From Candidatus Bathyarchaeum sp. (GTDB lineage Archaea > Thermoproteota > Bathyarchaeia > Bathyarchaeales > Bathyarchaeaceae), in contig JAOZIF010000152.1 of NCBI GenBank assembly GCA_026014495.1, positions 1 to 18,580 of the forward strand: 18,580 nt of DNA. The letters run 5' to 3'. The position numbers and the translations under genes were made by a program. The notes under the pieces were generated by a model, which was not told the origin of the DNA, made no database searches, and worked only from the letters and a program-made list of their open reading frames with translations. Below are positions 15,503 to 18,580 of this stretch, one piece after another. Each line of letters begins with the position of its first letter. Within the stretch, counting starts at the first letter, position 1.

Positions 15503-16516
15503 TTGAAGGAAGCAATGTTCTACAAAAAATTAGACAATAACGTGGTTAACTGCAATCTGTGTAGCCACCGTTGCCAAAAAATTGCTGACTCTAAAACAGG
15601 AATATGTGGAGTCAGAAAGAACCTTGACGGCAAACTGTACAGTCTAGTTTACGGCAGAGTTGTGGCTAGGTCAGTTGACCCCATAGAAAAAAAGCCGCTG
15701 TTCCAGTTTCTTCCGGGCTCCATGTCATATTCTATCGCAACAGTTGGCTGCAATTTTAGATGTGATAACTGCCAAAATTTTGACATTTCTCAGCTACCTA
15801 AAGAACGCAATGTAATCGTTGGGCATGAAACTTCTCCTGAAGAGATTGTTTTCGCAGCTAAATATAACAACTGTAAAAGCATAGCCTACACTTACAGTGA
15901 GCCCACAATCTTTTTTGAGTACGCCCTTGATGTGGCTAAGTTGGCGAAAAAAGAGGGTCTCAAGAATGTTTTTGTGACAAACGGTTACATCACAAAAGAG
16001 GCATTAATGGAGATTGCTCCATACTTGGACGCCGCCAACATTGACCTGAAAAGTTTCAGCGACGACTTTTACAAGAAAAGATGTGGGGCACGCTTGCAAC
16101 CCGTGCTGGATTCGATTGAACTCTACAAAAAGTTAGGAATCTGGACCGAGATAACAACGTTGATTATTCCAACATTAAATGATTCAGAAGATGAGTTACA
16201 AAAAATTGCAGAATTCATCAAAAACGTGGGCGAAGACACGCCTTGGCACATCAGCCAGTTCCATCCTATGTATAAGCTTCCGGACTTGCCACGCACGCCA
16301 GTTGCAACTCTAAGAAAGGCAAGACAAATCGGATTAGACGCAGGATTAAGATACGTTTACGAGGGAAATGTGCCCGGAGAAACAGGCGAAAACACATACT
16401 GTCCAAAATGCAAAAAACAGTTAATCCAAAGATTTGGCTATAGCATTCAGCAAAACAACATCAAAAACTCCAAATGTGTCTATTGTGGAACAAAAATTGA
16501 TGGTGTGCACGAATAG
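15503..16516 (+). CDS. amrS: AmmeMemoRadiSam system radical SAM enzyme
   Basis: CNLCSHRC...CGVR, DPIEKKPLF.F.PG, GCNFRCDNCQN (CxxxCxxC), SIAYTYSEPTIFFEY, W.EITTL.IP, NT.CPKC; TATA-like TTTTATAT near 15476-15482. Confidence 0.93.
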   Translation: MKEAMFYKKLDNNVVNCNLCSHRCQKIADSKTGICGVRKNLDGKLYSLVYGRVVARSVDPIEKKPLFQFLPGSMSYSIATVGCNFRCDNCQNFDISQLPKERNVIVGHETSPEEIVFAAKYNNCKSIAYTYSEPTIFFEYALDVAKLAKKEGLKNVFVTNGYITKEALMEIAPYLDAANIDLKSFSDDFYKKRCGARLQPVLDSIELYKKLGIWTEITTLIIPTLNDSEDELQKIAEFIKNVGEDTPWHISQFHPMYKLPDLPRTPVATLRKARQIGLDAGLRYVYEGNVPGETGENTYCPKCKKQLIQRFGYSIQQNNIKNSKCVYCGTKIDGVHE

Positions 16517-16530
16517 TTAGTTGGTGTGTG

Positions 16531-16558
16531 TAACACAATAAGACACCTAACACAATAA
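16531..16558. repeat. Direct repeat TAACACAATAA x2 (period 17)
   Basis: Exact 11-mers at 16531-16541 and 16548-16558, just after the amrS stop. Confidence 0.6.
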
Positions 16559-16584
16559 ACGGTTCAATATCTGGATGGGTTATG

Positions 16585-16671
16585 GAAGAGCGCACATAAA
16601 AGAAAAGGGCAAAAACTGATCTTGGAGATCGTCCCCCTTCTTCTATCGTGGGTGGAAACTGTGCGCTCTTC
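16585..16671. repeat. 87-bp element bounded by a perfect 12-bp inverted repeat; folds as a long hairpin
   Basis: GAAGAGCGCACA (16585-16596) and TGTGCGCTCTTC (16660-16671), with internal AGAAAAGGG/CCCTTCTTCT and GATCT-TGG-AGATC stems. Confidence 0.65.
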
Positions 16672-16796
16672 ATTCAATACTTTTTGGTGTTGCAGATTTA
16701 ACAGTTCAGAATTAACACTCTATATCCTAACGTAGTCTAAGTGTTCACAATTGGATGTGAAACAAAAAGTGGGTCTGGTTTTGTTTACTTTATCTA

Positions 16797-17423
16797 TCAG
16801 AAACCTAGAGCGTCGACCAGAAATGATAAACCAAAGTAGATTAGAACTGCCCCAAAAAGCGCGACCATCAGGCGGTATCCCTTGTGTCTTAAAATTTTGG
16901 CTCCTTTTTTTGCGAAGCCAGCAACTAGGATAAGCCATGCATAGTCCACCCAAACGTGGCATAAATACATGAAGATGACGCCTGCTAAGCCCGCAAACTC
17001 TAGAGATATGAAAATGAGGTTTGCGCCTATAGTGAGCCACCAGATGATAAAGTATGGATTTAAGCCTGTTAGTGCAAAGCCAATTAGAAAGAGATTTTTG
17101 GTGGTTTTTTGTTGTGTGTTTGTTTTGTGTGTTTCATGTATTGAACTGCGTATTTGCATGGCGCCAAAGATTATGAGTGCTGCTCCGCCTGCGGCTCCGA
17201 CTGCGAGCCTGATTGTGGGTTGGTTTGCGACGCTTAGGAGTCCTAGGGCCAGTAGCATTACGAGTGTGAATTCGATTATGGTGTGTGCTACGGAGAAGAT
17301 TATGCCGCTTTTTGTTCCTGAGCGTATGCCGTGAGAGATTGTTACAAAGAATAGCGGTCCGGGGGCTAATGCGCCTGAGGTGGTTAGGATAATGACTGTG
17401 GCTGCGAAGTTGAATATGTCCAT
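16797..17423 (-). CDS. LysE/RhtB-family exporter; start revised to ATG17423
   Basis: MDIFNFAATVIILTTSGALAPGPLF, G.RSG...SVAH...E, GFALTGLNPYFIIWW. Confidence 0.9.
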   Translation of the reverse strand: MDIFNFAATVIILTTSGALAPGPLFFVTISHGIRSGTKSGIIFSVAHTIIEFTLVMLLALGLLSVANQPTIRLAVGAAGGAALIIFGAMQIRSSIHETHKTNTQQKTTKNLFLIGFALTGLNPYFIIWWLTIGANLIFISLEFAGLAGVIFMYLCHVWVDYAWLILVAGFAKKGAKILRHKGYRLMVALFGAVLIYFGLSFLVDALGF

Positions 17424-17526
17424 GAATGATGAAAATTGTGTTGTGAATATGAATGTTCTGTATGCTGTTTGGTTTTGTGTATTTGTGTTGTACACAACTA
17501 CAACAATGCTTATTACGTATTAAGAT

Positions 17527-17538
17527 TTAATATATTAA
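17527..17538. promoter_or_regulatory. Palindromic TATA-like element between divergent lysE and the small membrane gene
   Basis: TTAATATATTAA is a perfect 12-bp palindrome 25 nt upstream of ATG17564. Confidence 0.5.
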
Positions 17539-17563
17539 TTATGGAGCACAAAGAGGCAAAAAC

Positions 17564-17803
17564 ATGAGAGCAACAGCCATCTTCCTCGCCTTTTTCATGC
17601 TATTCACAGCTGCATCACTTGCGGTTCCAATTCCACTATTCCCCGGAAACACAATCAACGCAGTTTCCACAATACCCTCAGAATACATCGAATATCTGGC
17701 AGCCTTAACAAACGGGCTAACCTATGGGTTCATCGTCTGGACCGTATTCTTTTTGGTTGACAAAAAATTAGAAAAATCAATGTCAATAAACTCCAAAAAA
17801 TAA
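17564..17803 (+). CDS. Small membrane protein (79 aa, two hydrophobic segments)
   Basis: ATG after GAGG; hydrophobic residues about 4-22 and 44-65, PLFPG linker, basic C-terminus. Confidence 0.78.
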   Translation: MRATAIFLAFFMLFTAASLAVPIPLFPGNTINAVSTIPSEYIEYLAALTNGLTYGFIVWTVFFLVDKKLEKSMSINSKK

Positions 17804-17860
17804 CCTACCAAACCACCCACACACAAAACCGTCCCTTCTTTTTCTTCGTTCACACAAAGA

Positions 17861-17926
17861 GGGGTCTGCCAGCCTTATAGTCTTCATTCCCGTTAAGGTC
17901 GGTCTGGGACGGCTACATCATCCCCC
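17861..17926 (-). ncRNA. Box C/D 2'-O-methylation guide sRNA; D' guide predicted to target the 23S rRNA G2251 equivalent (P-loop)
   Basis: Minus strand parses as GGGGG | C box AUGAUGU | 12-nt guide AGCCGUCCCAGA | D' CCGA | 11-nt linker | C' AUGAAGA | 12-nt guide CUAUAAGGCUGG | D CAGA | CCCC. It has a terminal G/C stem, two 12-nt guides, and TATA-like TTTATTTG (17956-17949) about 25 nt upstream. Confidence 0.85.
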
Positions 17927-17939
17927 AGTAATGGGACAG

Positions 17940-17993
17940 CATCCCAGACAAATAAAGTATTTGAAACACATCCCAGACGAACAAAATCTTTGA
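17940..17993. repeat. Degenerate 25-bp direct repeat (period 29) overlapping the sRNA promoter
   Basis: CATCCCAGACAAATAAAGTATTTGA (17940-17964) vs CATCCCAGACGAACAAAATCTTTGA (17969-17993), 21/25 identical. Confidence 0.7.
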
Positions 17994-18187
17994 CAGCTTA
18001 TGGGTAGTTGGGGAAAACATACTTGAAAAAAACTCCAAAATAAATGTAGCATGGCAGTTCTGTCTGTCACCCTGTCCCTCTGTCGTGCATAAGCTGAATA
18101 TGATAAAATACATCAAAAAATGGTTTCCAAAGTAGCCCACAACACCTTTATCAATAAAGTCACCATTTCCTGAAAGAGGAACGAGCC

Positions 18188-18580
18188 ATGGATTTCTTTG
18201 ATCTTATGAGTATCTCACACCGTTATATGGAGATACTAAACCCTTCAACACCTGAAAAAATCATCAAACTTGGCAAACTACTTAAATTGAAAGAGGGAAA
18301 ACGGGTCATCGACTTCGGTTGTGGCAGTGCTGAGCCCCTCATTATCTGGGCTGAAGAATTCGGAATCACTGGTATTGGCATCGATATATCCAAGGATTTC
18401 TGTGACAGGGCTAAAAAAAAGCTGTATGGGAAAGGGTTATCTGACAGAATCAAAATCGTTTGCTCTAAGGGAGCTGACTACGTATTTGAAGAGAGAACTT
18501 TCGATGCCGCAACATGTATCGGGGCGACGTTTATTTGGGGTGGCTACAAGCAGACAATCCAGGCAATGAAGCGGGCTATT
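18188..18580 (+). CDS. Class I SAM-dependent methyltransferase (YjhP-like), truncated by the window end; not in ORF track
   Basis: Hand translation from ATG18188: MDFFDLMSISHRYMEILNPSTPEKIIKLGKLLKLKEGKRVIDFGCGSAE...GIGIDIS...FDAATCIGATFIWGG, with motif I VIDFGCG; open to 18580; GAGGA upstream. Confidence 0.92.
   Translation, partial: MDFFDLMSISHRYMEILNPSTPEKIIKLGKLLKLKEGKRVIDFGCGSAEPLIIWAEEFGITGIGIDISKDFCDRAKKKLYGKGLSDRIKIVCSKGADYVFEERTFDAATCIGATFIWGGYKQTIQAMKRAI

Noticed and set aside
16584-16596. GGAAGAGC resembling an Illumina adapter
   Set aside because: It lacks the AGATC prefix and the adapter continuation, and it has a matching inverted copy 64 nt away.
17424-17495. N-terminal extension of LysE in the ORF track
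   Set aside because: Polar low-complexity residues precede a typical LysE start at ATG17423.
17869-17880. D guide matching a tRNA D-loop (UCAGCCUGGUAG)
   Set aside because: It needs a central mismatch and would place the methyl on a position I do not know to be modified; target left unassigned.
18140-18187. SAM-riboswitch-like CTGAAAGA upstream of the methyltransferase
   Set aside because: The conserved 5' AUCxAGAG, GAGGGA and GCAACC elements are absent.
2371-18569. Overlapping antisense or alternate-frame ORFs in the track (e.g. 2884-3156, 3369-3686, 3928-4273, 7352-7780, 10303-11505, 12057-12437, 14144-14420, 16461-17334, 17913-18140, 18223-18569)
   Set aside because: All but 17913-18140 shadow well-supported genes, and none has a recognisable motif; 17913-18140 would also overlap the sRNA and its promoter.
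1-18580. CRISPR array, tRNA, rRNA, transposase or integrase
   Set aside because: None seen; the only direct repeats are two-copy and lack unique spacers.

Overview
Archaeal chromosomal window, most likely Bathyarchaeia or a related TACK lineage (inferred from protein families; no rRNA marker present). The backbone is the conserved information-processing neighbourhood rps6e - eif2g - PIN - rpoE1 - spt4 - DUF359 dephospho-CoA kinase - rps24e - rps27ae on the minus strand. It is interrupted twice by gene pairs: (i) a stand-alone PD-(D/E)XK nuclease divergent from a membrane-anchored wHTH regulator, and (ii) an HEXXH metallopeptidase convergent with an Ada-type Zn-domain protein. The left 2 kb is a cluster of very small genes, including two Cys-rich micro-ORFs missed by the ORF track, plus a SemiSWEET transporter. 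The right half holds a solitary flippase, a hypothetical gene, a ferredoxin / 2-oxoacid:ferredoxin oxidoreductase (alpha, beta) operon, an AmmeMemoRadiSam radical SAM enzyme, a LysE exporter, a small membrane protein and the 5' part of a class I methyltransferase. The best non-coding finding is a canonical-looking box C/D guide sRNA (17861-17926, minus) whose D' guide predicts 2'-O-methylation of the 23S P-loop G2251 equivalent. No CRISPR array, tRNA, rRNA or transposase was seen. All family calls come from motif recognition, not database searches.
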